A stretch of DNA of 34,198 bases from Burkholderiales bacterium (lineage in GTDB: Bacteria > Pseudomonadota > Gammaproteobacteria > Burkholderiales > SG8-39): NCBI GenBank assembly GCA_041635755.1, contig JBFKUL010000002.1, forward strand, positions 1 to 34,198, in the 5' to 3' direction. The translations under genes and the position numbers were made by a program. The notes under the pieces are model-generated. The model made no database searches. It saw only the letters and a program-made list of their open reading frames with translations, and had not been told where the DNA came from. Of the stretch, positions 9,772 to 21,826 are shown piece after piece (position 1 is the first letter of the stretch; each line of letters opens with the position of its first letter).

Positions 9772-11466
9772 CTACAGCAAAGTGCGACGGATATCCGAGA
9801 GCACCGAGCTCAGGTAGGTCGTAAAGCGCGCCGCCGAGGCCCCGTCGATCACCCGGTGGTCGTAGGACAGCGACAGCGGCAGCATCAGGCGCGCGGCGAA
9901 CTCCTTGCCGTTCCATACCGGCCGCATCGCCGAGCGCGAGACGCCGAGGATTGCCACCTCCGGCGCGTTGATGATCGGCGTGAACGCGGTGCCGCCGATG
10001 CCCCCCAGGCTCGAGATCGAAAAGGTGCCACCCTGCATATCGCCGGGCTTGAGCTTCTTGTCACGCGCAAGCTTCGAGATCTCGCCCAGCTCGCGCGCCA
10101 GGTCGTACACGCCCTTGCGGTCGGCGTCCTTGACCACCGGCACCACCAGGCCCTCCGGGGTGTCCACCGCCACCCCGATATGGAAGTATTTCTTCAGGAT
10201 CAGGTTCTCGCCGTTTCGATCGAGGCTCGCGTTGAATTGCGGAAACTGGCGCAGTGCCGTCACGCTTGCCTTGATGAGAAACGCGAGCATGGTCAGCTTG
10301 ACGCCCTGCTTCTCGGAATCGGCCGCGCTTGATTTACGGAACGCCTCGAGCTCGGTGATGTCGGCCTCGTCGAACTGGGTGACGTGCGGGATCGAGATCC
10401 AGTTTCGATGCAGCGCCGGGCCAGAAATCTTCTGGATCCGGGTAAGGGGCTTGGCCTCGGTCGGCCCGAATTTGGCGAAATCGATTTGCGGCCACTCCGG
10501 CACGTTGAACGGCATCGCGCCGCCACGCGCCGCAGGTGCGGCCGCCGCCGCCGGCTTCTGCGCGATCACGCCCTTGACGAAGCCCTGCACGTCTTCCCTG
10601 AGGATGCGACCCTTCGGCCCACTCCCCTTCACGCGCGCGAGATCGACGCCTAGCTCGCGTGCAAATTTGCGAATCGAGGGACTCGCGTGTGGCTTGGCGC
10701 GAGAGGCCTCCTGTGGTTCGACCGGAGCGGGTGCGGCGCGCGCGATCACTGGCGGCGTCGGCACCTCGGCCGAGGCGTCGAACTTCGGCGCCGCCGGCGC
10801 GCGCTCGGTCGCGGTCGGTGCCGCTGGCGCTGCTTCGGCCGCGCCCGGCGCGGCGCCTTCGCCCGCAAGCGTCAGGATCTCGGAGCCTTGCGAGACCTTG
10901 TCGCCCAGCTTCACCTTGAGATCCTTTACTACGCCCGCCGCCGGCGAGGGAATTTCCATGGTCGCCTTGTCTGACTCGACCGTGATCAGCGACTGCTCCT
11001 TCGCCACAGTGTCGCCGGGCTTGACCAGCACCTCGATTACTGCGACATCCTTGAAGTCCCCGATATCGGGAACACTAACGACGCTCGGCGCTGCGGGCGC
11101 TGAGCTCGGAGCCTTCGCTGGCGCGGCGGCTTTCTTGTCCTCGGCCGCTGGCGCGGGTTTCTTCGGCGCCTCCGGAGCTTTCGTGGCCGCGCTCCCCGGG
11201 GCCTTCGCCTCGGCGGCAGGCGCCCCGCCGGACTCGAGTACCAGGATGGCGGCGCCCTCGTTCACCTTGTCGCCAACCTTGACCCGCAGCTCCTTCACCA
11301 CGCCGGCGGCCGGCGAAGGGATCTCCATGGTCGCTTTATCCGATTCGAGCGTGATCAGCGACTGCTCGGCGCTGACCGAGTCGCCGGGCTTGACCAGCAC
11401 TTCGATCACCGCGACGTCCTTGAAGTCGCCGATGTCCGGGACCAGCACTTCCTTGATTGCGCCCAT
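9772..11466 (-). CDS. aceF: Dihydrolipoyllysine-residue acetyltransferase (pyruvate dehydrogenase E2), two lipoyl domains
   Basis: Two lipoyl domains (each with [12 protein letters not shown]) and Ala/Pro linkers. The E3/E1-binding domain is [25 protein letters not shown], and the catalytic domain ends in [13 protein letters not shown]. Confidence 0.95.
   Translation of the reverse strand: MGAIKEVLVPDIGDFKDVAVIEVLVKPGDSVSAEQSLITLESDKATMEIPSPAAGVVKELRVKVGDKVNEGAAILVLESGGAPAAEAKAPGSAATKAPEAPKKPAPAAEDKKAAAPAKAPSSAPAAPSVVSVPDIGDFKDVAVIEVLVKPGDTVAKEQSLITVESDKATMEIPSPAAGVVKDLKVKLGDKVSQGSEILTLAGEGAAPGAAEAAPAAPTATERAPAAPKFDASAEVPTPPVIARAAPAPVEPQEASRAKPHASPSIRKFARELGVDLARVKGSGPKGRILREDVQGFVKGVIAQKPAAAAAPAARGGAMPFNVPEWPQIDFAKFGPTEAKPLTRIQKISGPALHRNWISIPHVTQFDEADITELEAFRKSSAADSEKQGVKLTMLAFLIKASVTALRQFPQFNASLDRNGENLILKKYFHIGVAVDTPEGLVVPVVKDADRKGVYDLARELGEISKLARDKKLKPGDMQGGTFSISSLGGIGGTAFTPIINAPEVAILGVSRSAMRPVWNGKEFAARLMLPLSLSYDHRVIDGASAARFTTYLSSVLSDIRRTLL
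10861..11085 (-). repeat. Lipoyl-domain coding module, aceF copy 2
   Basis: Encodes [43 protein letters not shown], which is identical in protein over this stretch to the lpdA N-terminus. DNA identity is about 90%. Confidence 0.9.
11233..11466 (-). repeat. Lipoyl-domain coding module, aceF copy 1
   Basis: Shares long identical DNA runs with the lpdA copy, for example 11380-11424 equals 9616-9660. Confidence 0.9.
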
Positions 11467-11525
11467 GTGCGTGGCGCGGTGCGCCGCGCACGCCTAGCGG
11501 CGTCGCGGCACGCGCGCGTGCCCTC

Positions 11526-14216
<2,691 letters not shown>

Positions 14217-14403
14217 GGCTTCCTCCGGCTGGTGGATCGAGGACCGGAGCCCATGGCATTCGATCCCGGCCTTCGCAACGTGGGACGCGCCGGTACGGCG
14301 CGAGTGACTGGGTTACAGCTTAATACGACCGTCAGCGCCGCTCAAACCCGTGTTGCACGGCGCATCGCGGCGGGAGTTTCGCGGTCTTGAGGCTCCTTTC
14401 GCA

Positions 14404-14432
14404 TTGTAAAATCTCGCGTTGCCGTTCGCAAA
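14404..14432 (-). promoter_or_regulatory. Candidate sigma-70 promoter for aceE (-35 TTGCGA, 17-nt spacer, -10 TACAAT)
   Basis: On the minus strand, TTGCGA (14432-14427) is followed by 17 nt and then TACAAT (14409-14404). The near-consensus spacing and AT-rich -10 stand out in GC-rich DNA. This implies a leader of about 180 nt. Confidence 0.5.
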
Positions 14433-14503
14433 TCTGCTTTAAGGGATCAACCGCGTCTCCGAAGAGCGGATGCTAGACTGCCGGCCCTCCTGAAGCCTGC
14501 TCC

Positions 14504-15364
14504 ATGGCCGCCAAGATCATCGACGGAAAATCGCTTGCTGCGGCCGTGCGCAGCGCCGCGCGGCCGCAGGTCGAACAACTCGTTGCGCGCGGCGTACAGC
14601 CCGGGCTCGCGGTAATCCTCGCCGGGGACAACCCGGCCTCGCGCGTATACGTGCGAAACAAGGTGCGCGCGTGCGAGGAAACCGGGCTGCGCTCGGAGAT
14701 GCACGAGTTTCAAGGCAATGTCGAGGAGGCGGTTCTGCTGGAGCGGATTTCGCACCTCAATAGCGACGCGCGTGTGCACGGCATCCTGGTACAGCTGCCC
14801 TTGCCGCGCCACGTCAGTGCCTCGCGCGTGCTCGCCGCGGTTTCGCCGGCCAAGGACGTGGATGGATTTCATGCAGAGAATCTCGGTGCACTGGTGAGCG
14901 GGCAGCCAGGCTTCGTGCCTTGTACCCCGGCCGGCGTGCTGCACATGCTTGAGCAGGCGCAGGTGCCGCTTGCCGGCCGGCACGCGGTGGTCGTGGGACG
15001 CTCCAATATCGTCGGCAAGCCGATGGCGTTGCTGCTCTTGCAGAAAGACGCCACCGTCACCATCTGTCATTCGAGGACTGCGAACCTCGCCGAGATGACG
15101 CGTCAGGCCGATGTGCTAGTGGCGGCGGTAGGGATCGCAAAGCTGATCAAGCAGGAAATGGTCAAGCCCGGGGCTTGCGTCATCGACGTTGGCATGAATC
15201 GCCTGGCGGATGGCGCACTCGCAGGCGACGTCGATTTCGCGGCCGTGAGGACCGTGGCAGGCTGGATCACGCCGGTGCCGGGTGGCGTGGGTCCGATGAC
15301 GGTCGCGATGCTCATCGTGAACACGGTGCGCGCGGCAACGCGCGCGATTGCGGACCGCGCCTGA
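14504..15364 (+). CDS. folD: Bifunctional methylenetetrahydrofolate dehydrogenase / methenyl-THF cyclohydrolase
   Basis: [48 protein letters not shown] and [11 protein letters not shown]. Confidence 0.95.
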   Translation: MAAKIIDGKSLAAAVRSAARPQVEQLVARGVQPGLAVILAGDNPASRVYVRNKVRACEETGLRSEMHEFQGNVEEAVLLERISHLNSDARVHGILVQLPLPRHVSASRVLAAVSPAKDVDGFHAENLGALVSGQPGFVPCTPAGVLHMLEQAQVPLAGRHAVVVGRSNIVGKPMALLLLQKDATVTICHSRTANLAEMTRQADVLVAAVGIAKLIKQEMVKPGACVIDVGMNRLADGALAGDVDFAAVRTVAGWITPVPGGVGPMTVAMLIVNTVRAATRAIADRA

Positions 15365-15398
15365 AGCGCGTCCGGCGAATCGGTTTTTCGGAGAAACG

Positions 15399-17441
15399 AT
15401 GAACCCGCTGCTCGACTTCTCTGGTTTGCCGCGTTTCGCGGAGCTCAAGCCAGAGCACGTTGCCCCCGCAATCGACCAGCTGGTCGCCGAAGGGCGTGCG
15501 CGCGTGGCGCAAGTACTGCGCCCGGAGGTCCCGGCGGCGTGGGAGACCTTCGTCGACCCGCTCGACGATGCCGCCGAGCGGCTGTCGCGCGCCTGGGGAC
15601 AGGCCTCGCACCTGCACGCAGTGCTCGATAGCCCGCCGTTACGCGCCGCATACAACGCCAACTTGCCCAAGGTCACGCAGTTCTGGACCGAGCTGGGTCA
15701 GAACCGCGAGCTGTTCGAGAAGTACCGCGCGCTTGCGGCCTCCGCCGCGTACGCCACGCTTTCGCCGGCGCGCCAGCGCATGGTCCAGAACGCGCTGCGC
15801 GATTTTCGTCTTGGCGGCGCCGAGCTCGCCGCCGAGCACAAGGCGCGCTTTGCGGCAATCCAGGAGGAGATGGCGCAGCTGGCAGCCAGGTTCTCCGAGA
15901 ACGTCCTCGATGCAACCAACGGTTTCGTGCTGCAGGTCGACGACGAGGCGCGCCTCGCGGGCATTCCATCCGACGTGCTCGCCGCGGCACGCGAGGCAGC
16001 GCAAAAAGATGGCAAGCCGGGCTGGAAGTTCACGCTGCATGCGCCATCCTACGTTCCGGTTCTGAAGTACGCCGAGGATCGCTCTCTGCGCGAGACGCTT
16101 TACCGAGAGAGCGTGACCCGCGCCTCCGAGTTCAGCCGGCCCGAGTGGGACAATACGCCACTCATCGCACGCCTTCTGAAGCTGCGGCGCGAGGAGGCGC
16201 GGCTGCTCGGCTATGCGAGCTTCGCGGAGGTGTCGTTGGTGCCCAAGATGGCCGACACGCCCGAGCAGGTGATCGCATTCCTCGAGGATCTCGCGCAGCG
16301 CGCGCGGCCCTCGGCCGAAAGGGACGCCGCGGAACTTGCAGAGTTCGCGCGCGCCGAGCTCGGCCTCGCAAAGCTCGAGGCCTGGGATTTCGCCTTCGCC
16401 GCGGAACGACTTCGCGCGAAGCGCTATGCATTCTCGGACGAGGAGGTGAAACAGTATTTTCCGGAGCCGGCAGTCGTGCAGGGGCTGTTCGGCCTGGTTG
16501 AGAAGCTCTACGGCATCCGCATCGCCGAATCCACTGCCCCGGTGTGGCACGAGGATGTGCGGTTCTTCGACCTCTTCGACCGGGAGGGCGTGCGCCTCGG
16601 TCAGTTTTACGTCGACCTGTATGCGCGCGACACCAAGCGCGGCGGCGCGTGGATGGACGACGCCATCACCCGACGGCGCAGGAACGGTCGCATCCAGACG
16701 CCGGTCGCCTACCTCAATTGCAACTTCTCCCGGCCGGTGGGCGGGCGCCCGGCGTTGCTTACCCATGACGAGGTGATCACGTTGTTCCACGAGTTCGGCC
16801 ACGGTCTGCATCATCTGCTCACGCGCGTGGAGGACCTCGGCGTCGCCGGCATTAACGGCGTGGAATGGGACGCGGTGGAGCTGCCGAGCCAGTTCATGGA
16901 GAACTTCTGCTGGGAGTGGGAGGTGCTTGAGAAAATGACGCGTCACGTGGACCGCGGCGCGCCGCTGCCGCGACCACTCTTCGACAAGATGCTGGCGGCG
17001 AAGAACTTCCACTCCGGTCTGGCGATGCTGCGTCAGATCGAGTTCTCGCTCTTCGATATGCAGTTGCATGACCGCTTCGACCCCGACGCGGACTGCAGTG
17101 CGCTCGAGCTGCTCGATGACGTACGCCGCCGCGTCGCGGTGCTGTTTCCACCTCCCTACAACCGTTTTCCAAACAGCTTCTCGCACATCTTCGGCGGCGG
17201 CTATGCCGCCGGCTATTACAGCTACAAGTGGGCCGAAGTGCTCTCCGCGGACGCCTACAGCCTGTTCGAAGAAGGCCGTGGCGCCGAGGGCGTGCTCAAC
17301 CCGGCCGTTGGCGCGCGTTTTCGCGACGAGGTGCTTGCGGTGGGCGGCAGCCGACCGGCGGCCGAATCGTTCCGCGCCTTTCGCGGACGCGCGCCTCGGG
17401 TCGATGCATTGCTGAGACACAATGGTATGATCGCCGCATGA
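15399..17441 (+). CDS. prlC: Oligopeptidase A (M3 metallopeptidase)
   Basis: Zinc motif TLFHEFGHGLHH and an M3 body of about 680 aa. The start is moved to the ATG at 15399 (MNPLLDFSGLPRF), with GGAGA at 15389-15393. Confidence 0.9.
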   Translation: MNPLLDFSGLPRFAELKPEHVAPAIDQLVAEGRARVAQVLRPEVPAAWETFVDPLDDAAERLSRAWGQASHLHAVLDSPPLRAAYNANLPKVTQFWTELGQNRELFEKYRALAASAAYATLSPARQRMVQNALRDFRLGGAELAAEHKARFAAIQEEMAQLAARFSENVLDATNGFVLQVDDEARLAGIPSDVLAAAREAAQKDGKPGWKFTLHAPSYVPVLKYAEDRSLRETLYRESVTRASEFSRPEWDNTPLIARLLKLRREEARLLGYASFAEVSLVPKMADTPEQVIAFLEDLAQRARPSAERDAAELAEFARAELGLAKLEAWDFAFAAERLRAKRYAFSDEEVKQYFPEPAVVQGLFGLVEKLYGIRIAESTAPVWHEDVRFFDLFDREGVRLGQFYVDLYARDTKRGGAWMDDAITRRRRNGRIQTPVAYLNCNFSRPVGGRPALLTHDEVITLFHEFGHGLHHLLTRVEDLGVAGINGVEWDAVELPSQFMENFCWEWEVLEKMTRHVDRGAPLPRPLFDKMLAAKNFHSGLAMLRQIEFSLFDMQLHDRFDPDADCSALELLDDVRRRVAVLFPPPYNRFPNSFSHIFGGGYAAGYYSYKWAEVLSADAYSLFEEGRGAEGVLNPAVGARFRDEVLAVGGSRPAAESFRAFRGRAPRVDALLRHNGMIAA

Positions 17442-18058
17442 GGCGTAGCACCCTCGCCACCCTCCTCGCTCTTGCGCTCGTTCACGGCGTGGCGCAGGCG
17501 CAGATGTATCGGTGGATTGATGAGGGTGGCCGGGTGCGCTACAGCGATCTGCCGCCTCCTTCCGGTACCACGAACGTCGAGAAAATAAACGTCGGCGGCA
17601 GTGTCATCGAGACCAGCACCGCACCGTTCGAGCTGCAGGTTGCGATGAAGGCGGCGCCGGTGACGCTGTACACCTCCCCGACCTGCAAGGAAGCGTGCAG
17701 CCAAGCGCGCGCGGCGCTCAATGCCCGCGGCGTACCGTTCCGGGAGGTGCAGGTCTGGAACGAGGAGACCAACGAGGAGCTCAAGCGCGTCACCGGCGGC
17801 AACGAAGTGCCGGTGCTGCTCGTTGGACGCGACATGCAGAAGGGCTTTCTGCAAAGCAGCTACGACGGAATGCTCGACGTCGCGGGCTACCCTAGAAAGG
17901 GCGCGTTACCGCCGCGCATGCAAGCCGAGCCCGAGCGCCCGGAAGGGTACGTGACGCCAGCCGAACGCCCGACGCAGAAGGCGAACGCCGAGCCGAAGCC
18001 GCCCGCCGAAGAGCCGCGGCCGACCGGACCCTACGCGCCGCGCTTCAGCGCGCAGTAG
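17438..18058 (+). CDS. Secreted DUF4124-type protein with a glutaredoxin-like domain and a Pro/Glu-rich tail
   Basis: Signal peptide [21 protein letters not shown], then the DUF4124-like [19 protein letters not shown] thioredoxin-fold segment follows ([32 protein letters not shown]...[15 protein letters not shown]). The ATG at 17438 overlaps the prlC stop (ATGA). Confidence 0.7.
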   Translation: MRRSTLATLLALALVHGVAQAQMYRWIDEGGRVRYSDLPPPSGTTNVEKINVGGSVIETSTAPFELQVAMKAAPVTLYTSPTCKEACSQARAALNARGVPFREVQVWNEETNEELKRVTGGNEVPVLLVGRDMQKGFLQSSYDGMLDVAGYPRKGALPPRMQAEPERPEGYVTPAERPTQKANAEPKPPAEEPRPTGPYAPRFSAQ

Positions 18059-18104
18059 ACGCAAGGTCACCTTTTCGAGGCGGCACGCACCGCCTTGCCT
18101 ACGC

Positions 18105-18869
18105 ATGAAGCTTGCCACCTGGAACGTCAACTCGCTTAAGGTACGGCTGCCCCACCTGCTCGACTGGCTCGCGAGCACGAATCCGGACGTCGTCTGCCTG
18201 CAGGAAACCAAGCTGGAGGACACCCGGTTCCCTCGTGAAGCGCTCGAATCGGCCGGCTACCGGGCGGCGTTCATCGGCCAGAAGACCTACAACGGCGTCG
18301 CGATTCTCGCACGCTCGCCGCTCGCGGAGGTCGAGGCCGGCATTGCGGGCTTTCCCGACGAGCAGAAGCGCGTTCTGTCGGCGACAGTGGAACGCACCCG
18401 TGTGGTGTGCCTGTACGCGCCGAACGGTCAGGCGGTGGGTTCGGACAAGTACGAGTACAAGCTGCGTTGGTACGACGCGTTGCGCGAATGGCTGCGCAAG
18501 GTACTCGCGCGCCATCCCCGACTTGCCGTGCTGGGCGATCTCAACATCGCCCCAGAAGACCGGGATGTGCACGACCCGAAGGCCTGGGAGGGCCAGGTCC
18601 ATGTGTCCGAGCCCGAGCGCGCGGCGCTGCGCGGGCTGGTCGGGCTGGGCCTGGAAGACAGCTTCCGGCTCTTCGATCAGCCCGAGAGGTCTTATTCGTG
18701 GTGGGATTACCGGATGGCGGCGTTTCGCCGCAATGCCGGGCTGCGCATCGATCTGATTCTGCTGTCCTCGGCCCTGGCGCGGCAGTGCCGCGCCAGCACC
18801 ATCGACAAGGCGCCACGCAAGCTGGAGCGGCCCTCCGATCACACGCCGGTGATCGCCGAAATCGGCTAG
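18105..18869 (+). CDS. xthA: Exodeoxyribonuclease III
   Basis: [44 protein letters not shown] and PSDHTPV. Confidence 0.9.
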   Translation: MKLATWNVNSLKVRLPHLLDWLASTNPDVVCLQETKLEDTRFPREALESAGYRAAFIGQKTYNGVAILARSPLAEVEAGIAGFPDEQKRVLSATVERTRVVCLYAPNGQAVGSDKYEYKLRWYDALREWLRKVLARHPRLAVLGDLNIAPEDRDVHDPKAWEGQVHVSEPERAALRGLVGLGLEDSFRLFDQPERSYSWWDYRMAAFRRNAGLRIDLILLSSALARQCRASTIDKAPRKLERPSDHTPVIAEIG

Positions 18870-19477
18870 GGGTTCATCCCCTTGCTGACGCCCGGACGCG
18901 CTGCCATGCGCTCGCCCCACCTTTTGAGGTGATCCAGGCCGCCGGCGGCCTCGAGCAGCGGCTTGCGCAGCGCATAGTTCGGATACAGCTGCAAATCGGC
19001 AAACGACATCTCGTCGGCAAGAAAGTCGCGGCCCGCCAGTCGCGCATCCGCCAGCCGGAAGTAGTTGACCAGCCGGGTCTTGAGGAACTCCGTATTGGCG
19101 ACGCTTTTCTCGGGTAGCGCGGTTTCTGAGAGAAACACCGCCGAGCTGGTTCCGGCAATGTCGCTCGCCGCGAACGCGAACCACTGCGCCGCCCGCGCAC
19201 GGCGCAAGCGGTGGGTAGGGATGAATTTCGCGGCCTTCTCGCACGCGTAGACGACGATCGCCCCAGATTGCGCAAGCGTGAGCGGCCGTCCGCCCGGACC
19301 GTCCTGGTCGACCATCACCGGGATCTGCCCGGCAGGATTCAGGCGCAGGAATTCGGGCGTCTTGTGCTCGCCCTTCGTGAGGTCCACCTTGTGAATACGG
19401 TGCTTGAGCTCGCATTCGGCAAGGGCTACGGAGGCACGAAGGCCGTTCGCGGTGCCCCATAGGTAAAGGTCGATCAT
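18866..19477 (-). CDS. Glutathione S-transferase family protein
   Basis: GST N-terminal fold ([20 protein letters not shown]...[15 protein letters not shown]) and a helical C-terminal domain. SD AGGAGA lies upstream of the ATG at 19477. Confidence 0.8.
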   Translation of the reverse strand: MIDLYLWGTANGLRASVALAECELKHRIHKVDLTKGEHKTPEFLRLNPAGQIPVMVDQDGPGGRPLTLAQSGAIVVYACEKAAKFIPTHRLRRARAAQWFAFAASDIAGTSSAVFLSETALPEKSVANTEFLKTRLVNYFRLADARLAGRDFLADEMSFADLQLYPNYALRKPLLEAAGGLDHLKRWGERMAARPGVSKGMNP

Positions 19478-19605
19478 CTTGGTTCTCCTGGACGCGCTGT
19501 GTCGGGATTCTCTGGCGGGGTCACGGTGACCGCCGTGGACGTCGGCATTGTAGTGCCAGAGGGCCTGCGCCGTGTGGCCGCGGCGTAGAATGCTTTTACA
19601 CCGTC

Positions 19606-19974
19606 ATGGAACCCGCCCGTAGCATCGGCAAGCTGGGCTTCAGGCGCTGGTACGAGCGCCAGCTGGTGGAAAGCCACGCTTGGCTCGTTACCTGCTTTCT
19701 GTGCATGCTCGGCGTGGCCGCATCGCTCGAGGGGTTCAGCTTTCGTGCGCCCGGCCTGGGGCCGATCGTGACGCTCGTCTTCGTGTTCGCCGCCGGCTGC
19801 GTCGGCTGGTACGGGTGGGGCCGGTACCGCGCGCTGATGGAGCAGGCCGAGCGAATCGGCGATCAGTCGACCTGCGGCGCCTGCGGCTTGTACGGCCGCT
19901 TCAAAGTCGAGTCCGAAGCTCCGCTGCTGCGCGTTTGCTGCCGCAAGTGCGGCAACTCGTGGACCATCGAGTAA
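19606..19974 (+). CDS. Small membrane protein with a C-terminal zinc-ribbon (hypothetical)
   Basis: Two hydrophobic helices (WLVTCFLCMLGVAASL; IVTLVFVFAAGCVGWYGW) are followed by CGACG...CCRKCG (CxxC-N18-CxxC). Codon third positions are strongly GC-biased, consistent with real coding. Confidence 0.6.
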   Translation: MEPARSIGKLGFRRWYERQLVESHAWLVTCFLCMLGVAASLEGFSFRAPGLGPIVTLVFVFAAGCVGWYGWGRYRALMEQAERIGDQSTCGACGLYGRFKVESEAPLLRVCCRKCGNSWTIE

Positions 19975-20040
19975 CGCCGGCTGGCGCGCGACCCTGCAAC
20001 ACTGGGCGCGGTCCGGGATCCTGCCGGGCGCCGGCGCAGT

Positions 20041-21642
20041 TCAATCGATCATTTCGTACGCCGGCAGGGTCAGGAATTCGACGTAGGTATCGTCGGTGGT
20101 GATCTTCTCGAACAGCTTGGCGCCTTCAGCGTACTTTCCTGCCGCCCATGCTTCGTCGCCGAGGACTTCCCTGACCTTGGGCAACTCTTCCGCGAGCAAC
20201 GTGCGGAACAGCGCCTTGGTCACGCGACGGCCGTCGTCGAGATTGCCCTTGTCGCTGCGTACCCACTGCCAGATCTGCGAGCGGGAGATCTCCGCGGTTG
20301 CCGCGTCCTCCATAAGATTGAACACCGGAACGCAGCCGTTGCCGGCAAGCCACGCGCCGAGATACTGGATGCCGACCGAGATGTTGTTGCGCAGTCCCGC
20401 CTCGGTGATCGGGGTCTCGGGGCGGAAGTCCAGCAGCTCCTTGGCCGTCACGTTGACGTCCGGCCGCTGCTTGCCGTACTGGTTCGGCTTCGGCATGTGC
20501 TTGTCGAAGACTTCCTTCGCGACTGGAACCAGCCCCGGGTGCGCCACCCAGGTGCCGTCGCACCCGTCGGTGACTTCGCGCAGCTTGTCCTGTCGCACCT
20601 TCTCGAGCGCTTCCTCGTTTGCCTTGGCATCGTTCTTGATCGGAATCTGCGCCGCCATGCCGCCCATCGCAGGCGCACCGCGCCGGTGGCAGGTCTTGAC
20701 CAGCAGCAACGCGTAGGCGCGCAGGAAGGGCGCCGTCATCGTCACCTGCGCCCGGTCGGCGAGGCAGAACTTGTCGTTCGCGCGAAACTTCTTGATGCAC
20801 GAAAAGATGTAGTCCCAGCGGCCGATGTTGAGCCCGGCGGAGTGCTCCTTCAACTCGAACAGAATCTCGTCCATCTCGAAGGCGGCAAGGATGGTCTCGA
20901 TCAGCACCGTGGCCTTGATGCTGCCTCGCGGCACCTCGAGCTCGTTCTGGGCAAGCTTGAAGATGTCGTTCCAGAGCCGTGCCTCGAGGTGCGACTCCAT
21001 CTTCGGCAGGTAGAAATACGGGCCGCTGCCGCGCTTGAGCAGCTCTTTCGCATTGTGGAAGAAAAACAGGCCGAAATCGAAGATGCCGGCCGACACCTGC
21101 TTGCCGTCCACGGTCACGTGCTTTTCGTTCAAGTGCCAGCCGCGGGGGCGCGGAATCAGCACCGCAGTCTTGTCCTCAAGCGAGTAGCTCTTGTCCCCCT
21201 GCTGGAAAGTGATCGTTCGGCGCGCAGCGTCGCGCAGATTGATTTGCCCATCGATCATGTTGAACCAGGTCGGGCAGTTCGCGTCCTCGAAGTCCGCCAT
21301 GAAGGTCGAGGCGCCGCAGTTGAGCGCGTTGATCACCATCTTGCGGTCGGTCGGCCCGGTGATCTCGACCCGCCGGTCGAGCAGATCCTTGGGCTGCGGC
21401 GCAACCGTCCATTCGGACTCACGGATCTTCTTCGTCGCGGGCAGGAAATCCGGCAGCTTGCCGGTGTCGAACTCCTTCTGGCGCGCGGCGCGGGCGGCGA
21501 GCAGTTCCTGCCGTCGCGGCTCAAATGCGCGGTGCAGCTTGGCGACGAACGCGAGCGCCTCGGACGTCAGGATCTGCGCGAACTCCGGCGTCATGCGTCC
21601 GGAGACGGAAATACCCTTGGGAAGCGCCTTGGATTCTTGCAT
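20041..21642 (-). CDS. aceB: Malate synthase A
   Basis: 533 aa, with [31 protein letters not shown] and [16 protein letters not shown]. These are malate synthase A signatures. Confidence 0.95.
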   Translation of the reverse strand: MQESKALPKGISVSGRMTPEFAQILTSEALAFVAKLHRAFEPRRQELLAARAARQKEFDTGKLPDFLPATKKIRESEWTVAPQPKDLLDRRVEITGPTDRKMVINALNCGASTFMADFEDANCPTWFNMIDGQINLRDAARRTITFQQGDKSYSLEDKTAVLIPRPRGWHLNEKHVTVDGKQVSAGIFDFGLFFFHNAKELLKRGSGPYFYLPKMESHLEARLWNDIFKLAQNELEVPRGSIKATVLIETILAAFEMDEILFELKEHSAGLNIGRWDYIFSCIKKFRANDKFCLADRAQVTMTAPFLRAYALLLVKTCHRRGAPAMGGMAAQIPIKNDAKANEEALEKVRQDKLREVTDGCDGTWVAHPGLVPVAKEVFDKHMPKPNQYGKQRPDVNVTAKELLDFRPETPITEAGLRNNISVGIQYLGAWLAGNGCVPVFNLMEDAATAEISRSQIWQWVRSDKGNLDDGRRVTKALFRTLLAEELPKVREVLGDEAWAAGKYAEGAKLFEKITTDDTYVEFLTLPAYEMID

Positions 21643-21826
21643 CTCGACATTTTACGGTCCGGATTTCCGCACCGCAACATGAAATCCCCGGTTGAGGGGA
21701 GTAGGCTCTTTCGATTAGTAAGCTCCTGTTTCACGATGCGGGATGCGATCGGTTAGCGCGGTGCGGACCTGCTGCAGCATCGCATCTCGCCAATCCCGAG
21801 TCTTCAGAAGCCTTCGGAGCCGTTCA

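Noticed and set aside
10660-11230. Low-complexity GC-rich stretches in aceF (and 9300-9470 in lpdA) that look like degenerate tandem repeats.
   Set aside because: They encode the Ala/Pro/Lys-rich flexible linkers between lipoyl, subunit-binding and catalytic domains. They have no fixed repeat unit, so they are not a VNTR or a CRISPR array.
14440-14503. Candidate folD promoter (TGCTAGACT extended -10-like sequence at 14470-14478).
   Set aside because: There is no acceptable -35 at 16-18 nt spacing and the hexamer is weak. It could not be distinguished from background.
19519-19531. Perfect 13-bp palindrome GGTCACGGTGACC in the GST / zinc-ribbon intergenic region.
   Set aside because: With 6-bp arms, several such palindromes are expected by chance in 34 kb. 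No second copy or matching regulator gene is present, so it is not reported as an operator.
19975-20040. GC-rich partially self-complementary segment between the zinc-ribbon gene and aceB, considered as a bidirectional terminator.
   Set aside because: The arms (CGCCGGC ... GCCGGCG) are about 47 nt apart with poor internal pairing and no flanking U-tracts.
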